Assembly: GCA_964234715.1 (NCBI GenBank) | Contig: OZ174288.1 | DNA from: Podarcis melisellensis | Taxonomy: Eukaryota | Reading direction: 5' to 3' (one strand) | DNA: 64,000 nt | In this document: positions 1 through 13,260 of the stretch, piece after piece | Layout of the letters: each line of letters starts with the position of its first letter | Position numbering within the stretch: the first letter of the stretch is position 1 | Made by a program: the position numbers and the translations under genes | The notes under the pieces: generated by a model | Database searches by the model: none | Seen by the model: the letters and a program-made list of their open reading frames with translations, nothing else | What the model was told of the DNA's origin: nothing

Positions 1-406
1 GGCAGTTGGATTTGGGATTTTCTTTTGTTGTTACTATTATATTTCTTACCTGCCCTTCGTCAGCAGGTCCCAAGGCAGGTTACAGCAATTTAGGCACACC
101 AGAGTCGAGATGAGATATCAGAGCATATAAATGGGCTGCAGGTTAGATTAAAAAAATAAAACAGTTGTGTCTTGAAGGCAGACAAACTGATCACTAGAAA
201 AGGTGGCTGTTTAAAGGATCATTTCATGTGTGGCATGATCTGAAAATCATAGCTAAACGCTCTTCTTAGTCAGCCGGTTAAAAATAAATAAATCATGTTT
301 TCAAGGCTTCATTGTTTTTAACAGCCCATTGTGTGAGGATTCACACGGTGAGCTGCTTAAAACCAACACTTTCTAAACTTTCTCTCTCTCCCCCCCCCCC
401 CCCCAG

Positions 407-575
407 TTAGAAGAGGCAATGGATGCATTGGCTCAGGTGCAGCACTTGGAGGGTGCTGTTGGCCTTTATCAACAACATATATCTGAGCTTATGGAATGGG
501 TATCCTCAACTCACGATCGTTGGACCTGCTTCTCTCCAGAATTACTACAGTTTGATGTGATTGCCACTCATTCAG
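407..575 (+). CDS. DNAAF5: DNAAF5 (HEATR2) internal coding exon, first in window
   Basis: Polypyrimidine-CAG acceptor, frame LEEAMDALAQVQHLEG...ELLQFDVIATHS, donor CAG|GTAATG; 169 nt, phase fits next exon. Confidence 0.88.
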
Positions 576-1108
576 GTAATGTGGACTTAGCAGCGTTGGT
601 ATGAATGTGAACGATCATGGGAGAACACAATAATTCCAAAAGGAATGAAGCCTCTAAAGTGATAGGGATAACATAGGCTTAATGCAAATACAGATCCCCC
701 TACCTTTTAATCATGATTAAGCGATCACTAGCAGCTGTGAGCTTCCTTCTCCCTTCGATTGTGCATATTTCCCTCTATCTTTTCTTTTGAAATTTTTCCA
801 TGGGGCAGTATTGCATCAGGACCAACGTTCATGCTAACCTTGGTTTGCTTCAAACTGGTGTTTGCAACCTCAGCTTGAAGTGGGTTCAAATATTCTGGCA
901 CATTGGAGTTTATGTATGTTTCCCAGGCCTTGTCTTTCCAAAATCCCAAAGAAAATGTGTTTTTGGCTTTCTTCCATTTCAAGAGGGAAGAGTTTAATTT
1001 ATTTTACAGCTTTTGTTTGTCTTCAGCGCTAAGCCTTTTGATGCAAGGTATACTATACTACTAATTCCTGCTAGTACAAAACACAGTGTTTCCACTTTTA
1101 TTTTTTAG

Positions 1109-1256
1109 GCCCTATGATTGGCAAAGCTCTTCAGGATTTTATTCTCATTCTTAAAACATGTCTTCAGACATCTAGAGATCCCAGGATGCGTCTGAAACTA
1201 TTCAGTACTTTATCCCAGTTGCTTCAGAAACCAAATGAGACCGTCAATTCTCAAGG
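1109..1256 (+). CDS. DNAAF5: DNAAF5 coding exon
   Basis: TTTTTTAG acceptor; GPMIGKALQDFILILKTCLQTSRDPRMRLKLFSTLSQLLQKPNETVNSQG; donor GG|GTAAGC. Not in the ORF track. Confidence 0.9.
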
Positions 1257-1654
1257 GTAAGCACCATTCAGTGGCACATAATGGCGTAAAGCATTATGTT
1301 CACAATAAGCTATTAACTGATTTCACTCACTTTGTTTAATCTCCTAGCATGGGCAACAAACCATGAACCTTGGCTTAGCGTTATGTCCAAAACGGGATTG
1401 TGGCTTGCTTAACTTAAACCACGATTGGTAGGCCAAAAACAAAGTTAGCTTCAATTCATGATTTGTTCGGAGAGAGACAAACCAAAAGTCCAAAGTTTGT
1501 TGCTCTGGTTTGCATTGGGTGCAAATTCCTTCAGAGTGAAATGGGTGCCATTTGTGCATTCACAACAAACTTTTAACTGTGGTTGACCATGACATGAGAA
1601 CTCTAGCATTGCCTGTTGTGATTTCCAGTTGCTGTTTAAAGAGAAGCTGTGGTT

Positions 1655-1806
1655 TGGTGCTCTGTTTGATGTGGTTAGTGCATGATGCTGATAATGCCAG
1701 AGTTGCAGGTTCGATCCCCATATGGGACAGCTGCACGTTCCTGCATTGCAGGGGGGTTGACTAGATGATCCTTAGGGTCTCTTCCAACTCTGCAATTCTT
1801 TGGTTC
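1655..1806 (+). mobile_element. tRNA-derived SINE with CR1-type 3' tail
   Basis: tRNA-like head with B box GGTTCGATCC (1708-1717), then GGGGGTTGACTAGATGATCC..TTCCAACTCT tail shared with the CR1 ends at 21115 and 25623; boundaries approximate. Confidence 0.7.
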
Positions 1807-4800
1807 CTTCACAATAACACCTGTTCTCAGATGTTTCTATTCTCAATCTGTCTCATATATAGTCCCAGTCAAAGGAAGTTGTTATAGCGCACTGGCACAA
1901 ATTGTATAAAAGCAATATAAAATGTACCAATAGGCCAAGTCCAGAAATGGAAAAACCCAGAGACACAATTCAAAGCTCACTGTAAACACATCTTCAGTTA
2001 TGCCCATAGTAACCCCAGCTTTCATTATGATTTTAGAACTGTACTCATGATCATGCATGCCTAGAAGCTTGTTGTGTAGAAAAGGGACTTCCTAAGTTTA
2101 CAGGTCCTTGGATGGGAATTTTCCAGTAAGAGACCTTCCTTGTGTCTCTAGACATTTGCTTAAATCGTAGAAAGCATATATACTGTAGAGTGGATTTGAC
2201 TGAAGAATGCTGTCCCTCCCCTGATCTATGAATTCCCACAATGTATGGCAATAACATGTTGAAATATTATTGCATAGTGAGATTTGATTTATTTCTGGCA
2301 GCAAATGTAGACATGTGCTGAATGTATGATGGGGAAATGAGGGGGAACCCCTGAGGTAGATAAGGATTAAAGGGGTGGGGTTGGTTTTGGGGAAAAGGCA
2401 GGAGGCATTTTCAGAAGCTGCTTCTGCTACTCCCAACCTTATGCCACGCATTGGACATCCTCTGAATCTTCAAGTGCTTGGACTGGAGCCAGCCTGCAAG
2501 TCCCAACACCTGCCTAATCTCCTGGCAAGCAGCCATTTTTTGCATTGTAACCCTTGACATTCTGCAGCCTCAGGTGGAGTTTTTTTTTGGGGGGGGGGCG
2601 GGAGAAGGGAAGGATGAATTCTGAGACACTCCAGAATAAAATGATGTCAGCGATTGTACATCAATCTTTGTAACCAAGCTGGCCCAAAGACAAAAATAGT
2701 TTAAATTGGACTTTTTCAGGCACACATAGAAAAGTCCCTAGGGCTGTTGTTAATCTGGTAAAGTGGAGGCTAGGAAATCTTAAACAGAAGCTGTATTAAC
2801 TGGATTACAAATGGTCATGGTCTCCCTACCCCTCTCTGAAGTAGAACCTGTACTTTTGGAACATTTAGAAACAAAAACAAAACTGCTTACTTTAGGAAGA
2901 TCCCATAAGCCAAATATAGCAGCATTTTTATGTAGGATTGACAGTGGTTCTGTCCTTTCAACAGCTGTGGGACAGGCAAAAATAAATAGGCATAGCTACA
3001 CTCGCTACTATCTCCATACTGGAAAAAGCTGCACCTGTTGATTTTCCATGTTGACGTTATTGTAACTGCAGTGACTCTATGCAAAAAAGCTATCTTTGCA
3101 ACCTTGTTTTCATGAAACATTTTCTTAAAGTCATTCAGAGGATCTGCATGAAAGGAATAGCTATAGGAGCCAATCTATCGATTTTAGGAGGGCTTAATTT
3201 AAAAATGAAGTATTATTTGAAGGCTGCATTTCAACTTCTTTCTCAGGGGTGGGGGTGGAGTTAAAGAGGCTTCATGTCTCTTATTCTAGTATACTGCTTA
3301 AATCCCCCAAGATTTGCTGTTTTCAAGCACTATCTTGAGGCCTGTCTTCCCCTTTGCTCTTCTGGGGGTTCTCTTCATCCATTAACAAAGACAAATTGAA
3401 ATCATGTGTTTTTGCTTTATGGGTAAGCCATTCTCGGGGGAAGGGACATGATGTCTTCATGTTTTCAATGTTACAATCACAGTAATGGTGCTTTATTGAT
3501 AATTACTAATATTGAGAGCAATTCAGGTCCCCAATAGGAAGAGAAGGGTGCAATTTAAGTCTCATTTTGAGCAAAAGCCAGACACATTCCCATGTTGGAA
3601 CAGCTACCACATCTTTATAAGCAAGTGTGCACTTTCTTTTAACCATGCAATAGACTTTATTTTCTGGCAACTGTGTGTGTGAATGGTTCAAATTGACAGG
3701 TTGCAATGTACCTTGTTAAAGCTCTTGAGCAGATATCTCATTTTTCCGAACAATTTGGCAGTGCTATTCCTCTTTTGCCTCAAAGATATTAAATATAACA
3801 CATTTCTAAATGCATTCGTCTTCGCAGAGAGCATTCCTTTGCCAGTGAGTAAGTGGCTCTGCTAAAACCCATCTTTTGTGTTTTTGACACATTTTATTTA
3901 AGGGATTAAAAGAAGCCATTACCAAAAACGTGAAGGTTCTCAGGGGTCATTTAGCATAGACCACCTCGGAGCCAAACACTGGTTTGAAATGACTTGATGG
4001 AGGAAACGGCTATATAGCTTTTAATAATACAATATAATACAATCAGTAATATTTTTTTAAAAAAATAGAGGTGCATTCAGGCATGGTCACACGACCACCA
4101 TGTTTGTTGGAGTTTATAGAAATTGTAGGGCATCGTGGCTCTGTGCCAATGACAAGCTGGCTAGATGTTACACAGCTGTGTCATGTGTATGTTTTTTTTT
4201 TTTTTTAAATGTGGCCCATAGAAAAATATAATTAAGGTCTTTTTATGTGGCCCTTTGTCACAACAGTCACAGGGCCATTGTACCTAAAAATAAAATACAA
4301 CTAACACAATACAATCAATGCATTGTGGACTCTTGGTAACATGCAAAAAACAATCCTGAATATTGCCATGAGGCACACATTTGGCCATTTCCCTCCAGGC
4401 AGCTGATGTGCACATTAACTTCAAGCAATTTCTGCACACCCATTTGGACCTTGAGTTGATTTTGATTTGAAGATGTAAATGCCCCGATACTGCTTGGGAG
4501 ACCTGTGCAGATATCATTTGCTGGTGGAAATCCAGTATGTGTTAGATTGTGTATCCACGTCAATTGCAATTCATCTGCATTGCATTGTTTTCAGTAGCAT
4601 GCACATTTGAATGTGAATCCTCATTCTGGCTCAACCAGGCACATCTAAATGCCATTTAAAATGTTAGAATGGGATGAAAGCATGTTGAGCTGTTGGTTTT
4701 TATTTGAGCTTAGAGCTGTTTGCTGTCTTCACTACTAATTCTTAAATGCCACCTGCTGTAGGAAAAACAATACATAAGATTGGGAAATCTGTCTTGTGAG

Positions 4801-5999
4801 GGCCAACTAATAACTGTTGGTAGCCAGTAGCTGCTGGAAAATGCTACACATGTAGGCTCCCAACCCTTGGGTAATGCAGCTGGTACCATGTGCATAATCA
4901 GTCATTTTACACATCACTGCAAAAATGCTTTTCCATTATTTGCCAAGGAACATGCAACATTTGATCATGCATAGGGCATCACTTGAGCATGACCACTGAG
5001 TCAGAGGCAAGAAGTCAACACGTAGGCGTATGGTTGCATAAATGAGCATTTAATATTAAAAGCTTTTGCCGTTTTTATACTTTCAAAGTTCCCCAAGTGC
5101 TACACCAAAGGTATTGACCAGTATAGGTTGGCCCTTATCTGCTGCCATAGAAACATGGCAGGTCCTAATTCTGCTGCCATAGAAACATATCTGAATATCT
5201 GAAAAGTTAGTCCTGATTCTGGCCTGTATCACAGAGGAAGGTTGATGCTTGAGATTAAGTTCTGAGACAGGTAAATGCTCCATGGTTAGTTCATTGTTTG
5301 AGATTGACAAGATGAATTTGTAACAGTTGTAACTTCTTGTATACTGGGGCTGTGGTCTTGCTTGCTGCACTCGCCAACCACCCTGCCATTGCCTCTCAGA
5401 GTGCCTCCATCCTTGCTTTCCTTAAACTTCTGTCATTTTTGTAAAAAAAACAAACCTACTTTCCCCTCTCATTGCCGCTCCCAAGACATAGCCACTGCTG
5501 TAGTGCAAGCGATCTTCACTTTTGCTCCCCTTCCGTGCCCTGACTTCATGGAAATCCAGGACTGTGATGCAGCACTGCAAATCCTCCATTGTAGGCTACA
5601 CAACAACATTCTTACATTTTTATTATATAGAGAAACATTAAAGCGTCTTCAAGTCAACTTGGAGTGGTTTGTTTCTGAGACACTAGAGTAAGGGGCCTGT
5701 TGGGATGACAAGGAACATACCTTGCAGAGCCTGAAGCTGAGAAAGATTTCTGCCTCTCCTCCTCCTGAAATGTTTATACAAAGTCCACTTACTTTCCCTC
5801 AAAAGAAATCTGAGTAATGAAGTATTGTTAACATACACTGTCATCATATTAGATTCATTCTTTTTCTTTTTCATGCTTCGTTCTTCCTGTTCTGGCTATC
5901 TTGTTTTCAAGACTGAAAATGTGCTTTTTCACCCTCCCAGTCATTCCATCACGTTCACACAAAGCTTCTTATTTTGCTGCTCTTTGTTCTTGGCTTCAG

Positions 6000-6150
6000 G
6001 CAGTTTTGTAACTACCTTGAGATCCTGATAAAAGACATCCTGGCTCCTAATCTGCAGTGGCAAGCTGGAAGAACAGCAGCTGCCATCCGCACGACTGCTG
6101 TATCATGCCTCTGGGCTCTTATTTACAGTGAACTGCTTTCACCAGAAGAG
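6000..6150 (+). CDS. DNAAF5: DNAAF5 coding exon
   Basis: [40 protein letters not shown], recognisable HEATR2 segment; CAG acceptor, GAG|GTAAAC donor. Confidence 0.93.
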
Positions 6151-8431
6151 GTAAACGTCCCCCTCCTCCCCTGACAGCCATGCTGAATATTGTCATCCAG
6201 AAATGCAAATCATCTCTGTCTTTCTATAAATCAAAGCTCTTGCCAAAATACAGGCTAGGAAGACAAGTTTAGAATATGGGTTTAGCCTGAAAATTAATAC
6301 TTGGGTAGCAAGCATTTTCTCATTGGGTCACTCCAACATACATATTTTTGATGGCGGGGGAGGGATCTGCAATAAAAAAGGCAGAATTCTGAAACTCTTC
6401 ACTTGCAAACAGGGCAGCGGCTATTTGCAGGGGTGGAGAAGTATTATTAGAGAGCTGACCCCTTCTTTGAATGTCGAAGGCTTTATTTTAAAATATGTAA
6501 ATTTCTAGCCTCTTTCCATATGCCTGGAAGTCACATGCAGGCAATATTCTGTGCAATTGCTCAGTAAGAAGTAAATCTGCTTGCACCTTCCAGCATCCTG
6601 TCAAATGAGAGAGCAAAGGCATGGGGCTAAGTGGCAAGTGATTGGCCCTTATATTTAATTTTATTCAAATCCTTTAGCGAGTGACTTTAAATGCATTGCT
6701 ACCTGTATTTAGATCCTTGCTGTGTCCCACTGACTTCCAAAGTCCCCCTCCAGGGTCTTTCCTTTCCCCCTCTCCCACCCTCACAGGTCTGTCTGCTTCA
6801 CAAATAGTATTGATGAAATAATTTTAAAAGGTGGCCTTAGGTTTTATAATAATGAGCTTTGCATTTGTATATTAAGCAACGCTATCTAAATCATAGAAAT
6901 AAAGGGTTGGAGCTGGAATAAGTTAGTCACCCCTAGGTCCCATTGAAATGAATGTGAAAAGTGAGTAATAATTAACAAATGACACTGATTTTAATGGGAA
7001 CTTGGTGCCACTAACATAGTCTGGATCCAGCCCATAGTTTTTAAAGGGAAAAAAATGCCCAATGCTTGGATCAGTTTCTTTTAAAGTGGGCTTTTAAAGA
7101 GGATTAGACAAATTCAAGGGGTAAATTCAGCAGCTATTGCCCAAATAGCTCAATAAAACTACTTGAGAAGCTATGCTGCTGAATATCAGTTGCTGTTAGA
7201 CAACATCAGAAGTCTGTTGCCTTATGGCCCTTCTTGTGGGCTCCCAGGAGACTTCTGCTTGACCACCCAAGAAAGCAGTGTGTTAGACTAGATAGAGAAT
7301 TTTTATCAGCTTTCCTTATATTCTTTTCCCATTTGCGTGATCTGGCACTGACTTGATCCTTGTCCTAAATGGTTTCTGCAAGCTGGTACATATCTTAACT
7401 GCCCTGCAGCAGAATAAAATTGAAACATGATATAGGAGCACAAAAGGGTATGGAGGAGACCCCTGAACTGAACAAAGTGCAAGGAGAGTTATTAATTGGG
7501 AACCACACATGGTAACAGAGGTTTGTGTGGAAGATCTGGAGAATGAGAAGCTGCTACGCAACAAAAAAGGAGGCAGATGAAATAGTAGGCAATGGCTGTT
7601 CAAAGGTTTCCTACAACTTGGGAAAGGAGTAACACTAAGTATTCTCTGCCCCTATCTCTGATGTAGAGTTTGTGCACAAACCCTAACAATCCATATTTTT
7701 CTTTCTTTTGAGATTTGGGTGGTCTGTCACAAATGTAGTTTGACTTTTACTGTTTGTCTATATTTGGATATTGTGGCTGCTTATGGCCAAGACAATAAAA
7801 CTCACTTGACTGAGAGACTAAACAGTTTGGAAGATAGCTCAGAAGATCCCTCTAGGGTGAATGCAAGACATGCACATCCTTGCATTTATTAGAATGCAAA
7901 TGTTCTTCTGCATACTTTACCCCAAAGCAGGCTGTGTAGTGTAGAGCATGGTTTGCACCCTAGTAGAATATATGTCACACCAGTACTATAGCCATGGTCC
8001 TCTTTCTGCTTTTGCCTTAAGATTTTTTATAAATTGAAAAGCTTAAGGGTAGAGGGTATATTGGTTGCAAGATGGGGCTAAGGTGCGTCTTGGGTTGAAG
8101 ACTCTTGGTTTAAGAGCTTAAATTTGAACAAGAGCACCATCTTCTGGAATACTAAAGAAACGCTAACTTTAAATCATTCATCTCTCACTCCAAAAGTGTG
8201 CTGGTGGTGGCAGCCATGTCATATGTTCATTGGAATTGCTTCCCTAGCCTTCAAAACATGTGCCTAATCCCCTGAAATATTTGCATTGTGGTTTTAGAGA
8301 ACTCTACTGTACCCCACGGAGCTGAAAGGGCAGATACACAGAAAATGAAAAGGTCATGAGGACATGGCAGGGATCCAGAGGGTTAGGCACAGCAAACAGG
8401 CATGCATGTGCCCAGGGGGATTTCCCCCACT

Positions 8432-8577
8432 CAGTGGCGTAGCGTGGGGGTGCAGGGGGGGCCGGCTGCACCGGGCGCAACATATGGGGGTTAGGGTTAG
8501 GGGGCGCAAATCCACGGGTTAGGGGGCGCAAATTACTTGCCTTGCCCCGGGTGCTGACAACCCACGCTATGCCACTG
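8432..8577. mobile_element. hAT-type MITE containing TTAGGG units
   Basis: 17-bp TIR CAGTGGCGTAGCGTGGG / CCCACGCTATGCCACTG (1 mismatch); perfect 8-bp TSD CCCCCACT at 8424-8431 and 8578-8585. Confidence 0.9.
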
Positions 8578-9078
8578 CCCCCACTACCTTCCTCTGATGC
8601 CAATGCCATATAACAAACTGCTTTTGATAGTTTCAAAAGCAGTTTGCCACATCATAGTTTGAGGAGTTCTCTGTGTGTTTCTGTATAGGAAACCCAAACT
8701 CATCATAACCCCCTCTTAGGGCCAGGGAGTTCATATTTTCACCTGGCCATTTTTATATCTGCCATTAATTTAATTGAACAAGCCAAAAAGGTAAAGAGAT
8801 AAAGAACTATGTGAATTCATGTTTTCTTTCAGGAGCAAATCCCCAGACATTGAGCTGTTCACTGTAGTTAAAGGAAAAATCTGCTCAGTGAATGAGCCAA
8901 GAAGACAATGCTTCTCTTAAGAGATTTACCGTACTTTATTAGCATCTGTCCCTGTCCTTGGCATTTGCCTGTGTCCTGCAGACGTCAGTGAATATAATAG
9001 CAGACAATAACAGAAACTGAACTGGTTGTAACTGCAGTCCCCTTTTCTTAAGCTGGCGGTTCCTTTCCTTGGTTTCAG

Positions 9079-9226
9079 ATGCTGAAAGCTGAAGATGTGC
9101 TGATGCCCAAAATAGTTGCCACACTGGAAGAAGATTCCAAAATGACACGCTTAATGTCTTGTCGAATAATCAGCATTTTTCTAGATGGCTGCATAAAAGA
9201 ATTTGAACTCAGCAAAATTTATCCAG
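9079..9226 (+). CDS. DNAAF5: DNAAF5 coding exon
   Basis: TTTCAG acceptor; MLKAEDVLMPKIVATLEEDSKMTRLMSCRII...SKIYP; donor CAG|GTATGA. Confidence 0.92.
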
Positions 9227-10413
9227 GTATGATAGCCATTGGTAGTGGCGGCCAATCTTTCTGACTTCTCTTGTTTGAGAATGTGCCCCTCAAGTTCACA
9301 GGTACAGGTGCATTCTCCTGCACCTTCTTATGTTTTAACTTCTAGCCTGCTAAACTGTGGAGCAGGAGAGTGCAAGACAGTCTGAGTGGAGAGTGGACCT
9401 GACTGGTTACCATAACCAGACCCATAGGCATGTACAGGTGTGAAGAGGCCCTCTTAGCCTCTGCTACTTGTGCCACCCATGTCACAGTTTGCCCATTTAG
9501 TTTACATGGTGTGTTTCTTTTAAATGAAGTAAATACCCACAGTGTTAAAACTAATTTCAAATTTACAGAATGACAGCTGACACAAGAACACTGATTTCTT
9601 ACAGCTCATCTTTTGGGGAAGCTGAGAGTAGCACAGGTGGGGTTCCTGTATAGTTTCTCCCATAGGCACTGACCAGGCCTGGGCTGATTAGCTCCAGCAA
9701 GGTTTTTGCATCGTGTGGCTATGCCCCGAGCCGGTTGCAGTTTGATGAGAGTCGGAGCAAGTACTGCTGCATCTGCAAAAGCAGCTGCTGACCCCTGCAG
9801 ATTGAAATGGTGTAAAACGTGATCTCTGTGCAAACTTGTATGGAGAACAGAAACAAGTGGTTCACACATGTGAAGGTGCCCTTTTAAAGCAATGACTCTG
9901 TTGGACTATATTTTTGAACATAACTGAGCCAAGAAAAGGGGGGGGCAAGGTAATCTGCTAACCACAGGCAACAATCGTGGTTTTGCTGGGAAGGACAGAT
10001 CAGTATGAAGAAGAGCAATTGGGAAACCTGTACCCCCTCAAATATTGTTAAGCTCCGTTTCTCATCAGCCACAGGCAGCATGGCCAGCAGTTGAGGGTGC
10101 GAGTCTAACAGAGCCTGGAGGTGCACAACAGGTTCCCATACCTGGCACAGAATCTCCTTACCTTTTCGTTTTTATTCAGGAAGTCAATTGAAGAAAATAA
10201 AGACATTTTCCCGTTGCTTTATTGTGTTAATTTTATTGTATGGAATGTTTTTAATTGGTGTGTGTGAGAGAGACACTACTAGATCCTTGTCAGCAGAGTG
10301 TAAATTTTAGGAACAAAATAAGTCCCCCATCTCATTGCAACATAATTTCCGTTTGTTACTGAATATGGCATAGTTTCCATTTAGTAAACTTTTGGTGCCA
10401 TTGTATTTTTCAG

Positions 10414-10605
10414 AACTCCTAAAGCGTTTGGATGATTCATCGCATGAGGTCCGACTAGCAGCTGCCAATGCCTTGCTCAGCTGGTTCAAATGTATAAACA
10501 ATGACGAAAAGAAAGCCCTATTAAAAACCAACATTGAGTTCCTGTATCAAGAACTGTTGGTTCACCTGGATGACCCTGACCAGAATATCCAGTCTGCTGT
10601 CTTAG
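10414..10605 (+). CDS. DNAAF5: DNAAF5 coding exon (HEAT repeats)
   Basis: ELLKRLDDSSHEVRLAAANAL...LYQELLVHLDDPDQNIQSAVL, classic HEAT-repeat motifs; TAG|GTAAGC donor. Confidence 0.94.
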
Positions 10606-11744
10606 GTAAGCCTTGAATGAGTTGTCGCTTTGATGTTTTTTAAGAAGTTGGATTAAGCACCTATTTTCTGGGGCAGTAGTACCTGTGATACCAAATGAGG
10701 GTCAGAAAAAAGAGAGAGTTGCTTGATCTTTCTGGTTGGAGGAGAGTGCTCTAGCAATGTGAAGTATCTTAAGTGCTTGTGGGAAATCATGTTCTGTGTG
10801 AAGGGTAGTCAGCTTTGAGAAGGTAAGGTGCTTGCTAGGGCAGCAAGTATCAAAGGAAGGGACTTGGAAGGAACTAGAGAGGAAGGGATGAAGGAGGTTG
10901 TCTTTCCAAAGGCACAGATATATGAATCCTGCTTATACTAAATCCCATGAGAAGTAACTTCTGAATAAATGTACACATGTATGCCTTAGTTTGGCTAATG
11001 AGGTAGGTGGGAAGAACTCTGTAAAATAAGAGTTTACACTTTCCTTGTAGATCTAGACTAAACTCTCTAATGTCCCTTTTTATTTGTTTGACTTGTCTGT
11101 GTTAGGAGTAGCTTCACCAATTGTTGTGGAAAGTTTTATTACTGTTGTTGAGAAAATAATTTTTCCAAGCTTGCAATCTTTGTCTTTCATAATCTACCCA
11201 CCAAATGGTTGGTTTATCTTATTAAGACCTATGAAAAATGTCATTTTAACTTGCTTGACACTAGACTATAGGTTTTACCAAGCACTGTGTCTGTGACTGA
11301 AGCATGCAACCTTAGGCTCAAATTGCACTGAGCTCTACTTGCAGGTGTGCCAATGCATTAATACAGCATGACTTTCCTCCATTTCAGTGGAGGAAGCAGC
11401 TCCTTTGCACAAAATATTCAAATTTGCATTGGTGTGTATAGGGGGCTCTTAATTGTGTCGGCTGCATAAAAATAAACAGGAATCCATAGAGGAATCATTT
11501 TTTTTCCTGTAAAAACTCCAGGAGGATGTGGAATTATTTTTGCAACACAGGGAGAAACAATGAAAATACTTAAAGTTCATGTGCTTTTAAAAATTTTGTA
11601 TTTATATTTGGTATGATCAGCTTCATATTGTTTCTGGAAAAATGCATGCTTTCTAAGCTAAGAAGGCTCCTGTGTTTCTGACAAACAGTAGGAAGTGAAG
11701 GACAAGCTGTTTTTGGTAACTGTATATAAACTTGTGTTTTGCAG

Positions 11745-11890
11745 ATATTTTGAAAGAAGGAGGTGTTCTCTATCCAGATAGCTTGGCAAAAGAAATTGAA
11801 GCAGTTGTGCGCAAACATCGCTCTCCAGCCTACTGTGATCAGTTGCTGCTGCACATTGAATCAACGGGCTGGAGATACTCAGAATCATAA
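11745..11890 (+). CDS. DNAAF5: DNAAF5 terminal coding exon
   Basis: TTTTGCAG acceptor; DILKEGGVLYPDSLAKEIEAVVRKHRSPAYCDQLLLHIESTGWRYSES, stop TAA 11888-11890. Confidence 0.92.
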
Positions 11891-11942
11891 ATGCCTTTGT
11901 GGGCTGTGACTTCTCATTTGTACCATACAATGTTGACACTTC

Positions 11943-11998
11943 AATAAATGGAGAAGTTTCCGCTGTCACATACTGACACTCATGCAGATATAAATAAA
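11943..11998 (+). terminator. Candidate DNAAF5 polyadenylation signals
   Basis: AATAAA at 11943-11948 and 11993-11998, the latter followed by T-rich sequence. Confidence 0.55.
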
Positions 11999-13116
11999 AA
12001 CTCTTACAGGCAAAATATTTTTAACTTTTTTAACAGAAAAAACCTTGAGAAGACAAATGTGTGAATAAGAGTTACATTGTTTTCCATATTGTTGCAAATC
12101 CCACATCTAACATCTCTGCAGTGAACTTTAGACCACTAAATGATGTTACAATGTGTTACTCAGCTGTGTATTATACAAGCTACCATGCATATTGTAAGAT
12201 CTGTATGACACAAAATCTCTATGACACAGAATGAAGATCTGGAGACATTTAAAGGTTTACCAAGCAGCAGAATTCAAATCTATTTTTGACCTTAGTAGTT
12301 TTTAAAAAGTATTGCTATTGGACCTCTCAAGTGTGAAGCATTTAGACCCTGACCTAGACACTCATCACTGCAAGGAGGAGTGGCTGTCTTCATTTGAATT
12401 AAGACTGGATGTGTCTGGCCATGACAACATGCATACATTACGGGAAGAGCAAGAAAGTGCAATGTGCTTTCACTTAAATTTATGTTACCGCATTTCCGGT
12501 AATGTAAATACCCAATATCCTGGGCATGTATCATTATACTGCTTTGGATTACTATGTGATGAGTGTGTTATTTGAGGAGTCTTAACTATAGATGGGGTTT
12601 GGTAAGGAATGAATGAATTATAGATAATAATTAAATTATTTGCATTTCTCTCTGGATATTCATTATAGTTGGTTTGTTGCAATTTTTCTTTTGTTCCATG
12701 TCTAAGTGCCTTTATTAAATGAACCACTGTTTTTTCTTTATTGGTTGGGCGGTACGTAACTGAACTCTCATTGCAAATAACTGATCTCTCATGTTAGCTT
12801 ACAGTGCCCAGTTTTGATGACATGTTTAATGTACCTATGTCATTTGGTTTTTTGATACTTTATCATAAAATGCATCACATGTGTCCATATTTGTGTGTGT
12901 GTGTGTGTAAGTCAAGTGACTGGCAAAACAGAAAAGAGGCTTAACATTCTACAGTTAAATATATTAGCTTCTGCCTTTGTCAATGACACAGCTGGATTTC
13001 AAACCAGACACTAGGAGCCAAAGTCTAAAAATAGTGGAGAAAAGAAGGTGGCATCTATTATATAAGTACAAAATTAGTTTTAAACAATTCAAGGCATTGA
13101 TTAATGATTGTGCATT

Positions 13117-13260
13117 ATCCTCTAAGATAAGACAATGCGGTGTTAGGGTGTTGAGTCTGTGTATCCAGAAGCTCTCTCTTTTAGTGTCCAAGGATGGGGT
13201 AGATTTTTTGTTGGATACATTTCTCTCTCTGTGTGTAAGTACTTGAGTACAGTCTGAAAA
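13117..13260 (-). mobile_element. Penelope-like retroelement remnant (GIY-YIG endonuclease C-terminus)
   Basis: Minus-strand peptide KRESFWIHRLNTLTPHCLILED resembles the RExxWIxxLxTLxPxGLN end of PLE GIY-YIG domains. Confidence 0.6.

Noticed and set aside
1655-1730. tRNA-like sequence (also about 17910-18030)
   Set aside because: Degenerate stems joined to SINE bodies or CR1-type tails, so SINE heads rather than tRNA genes.
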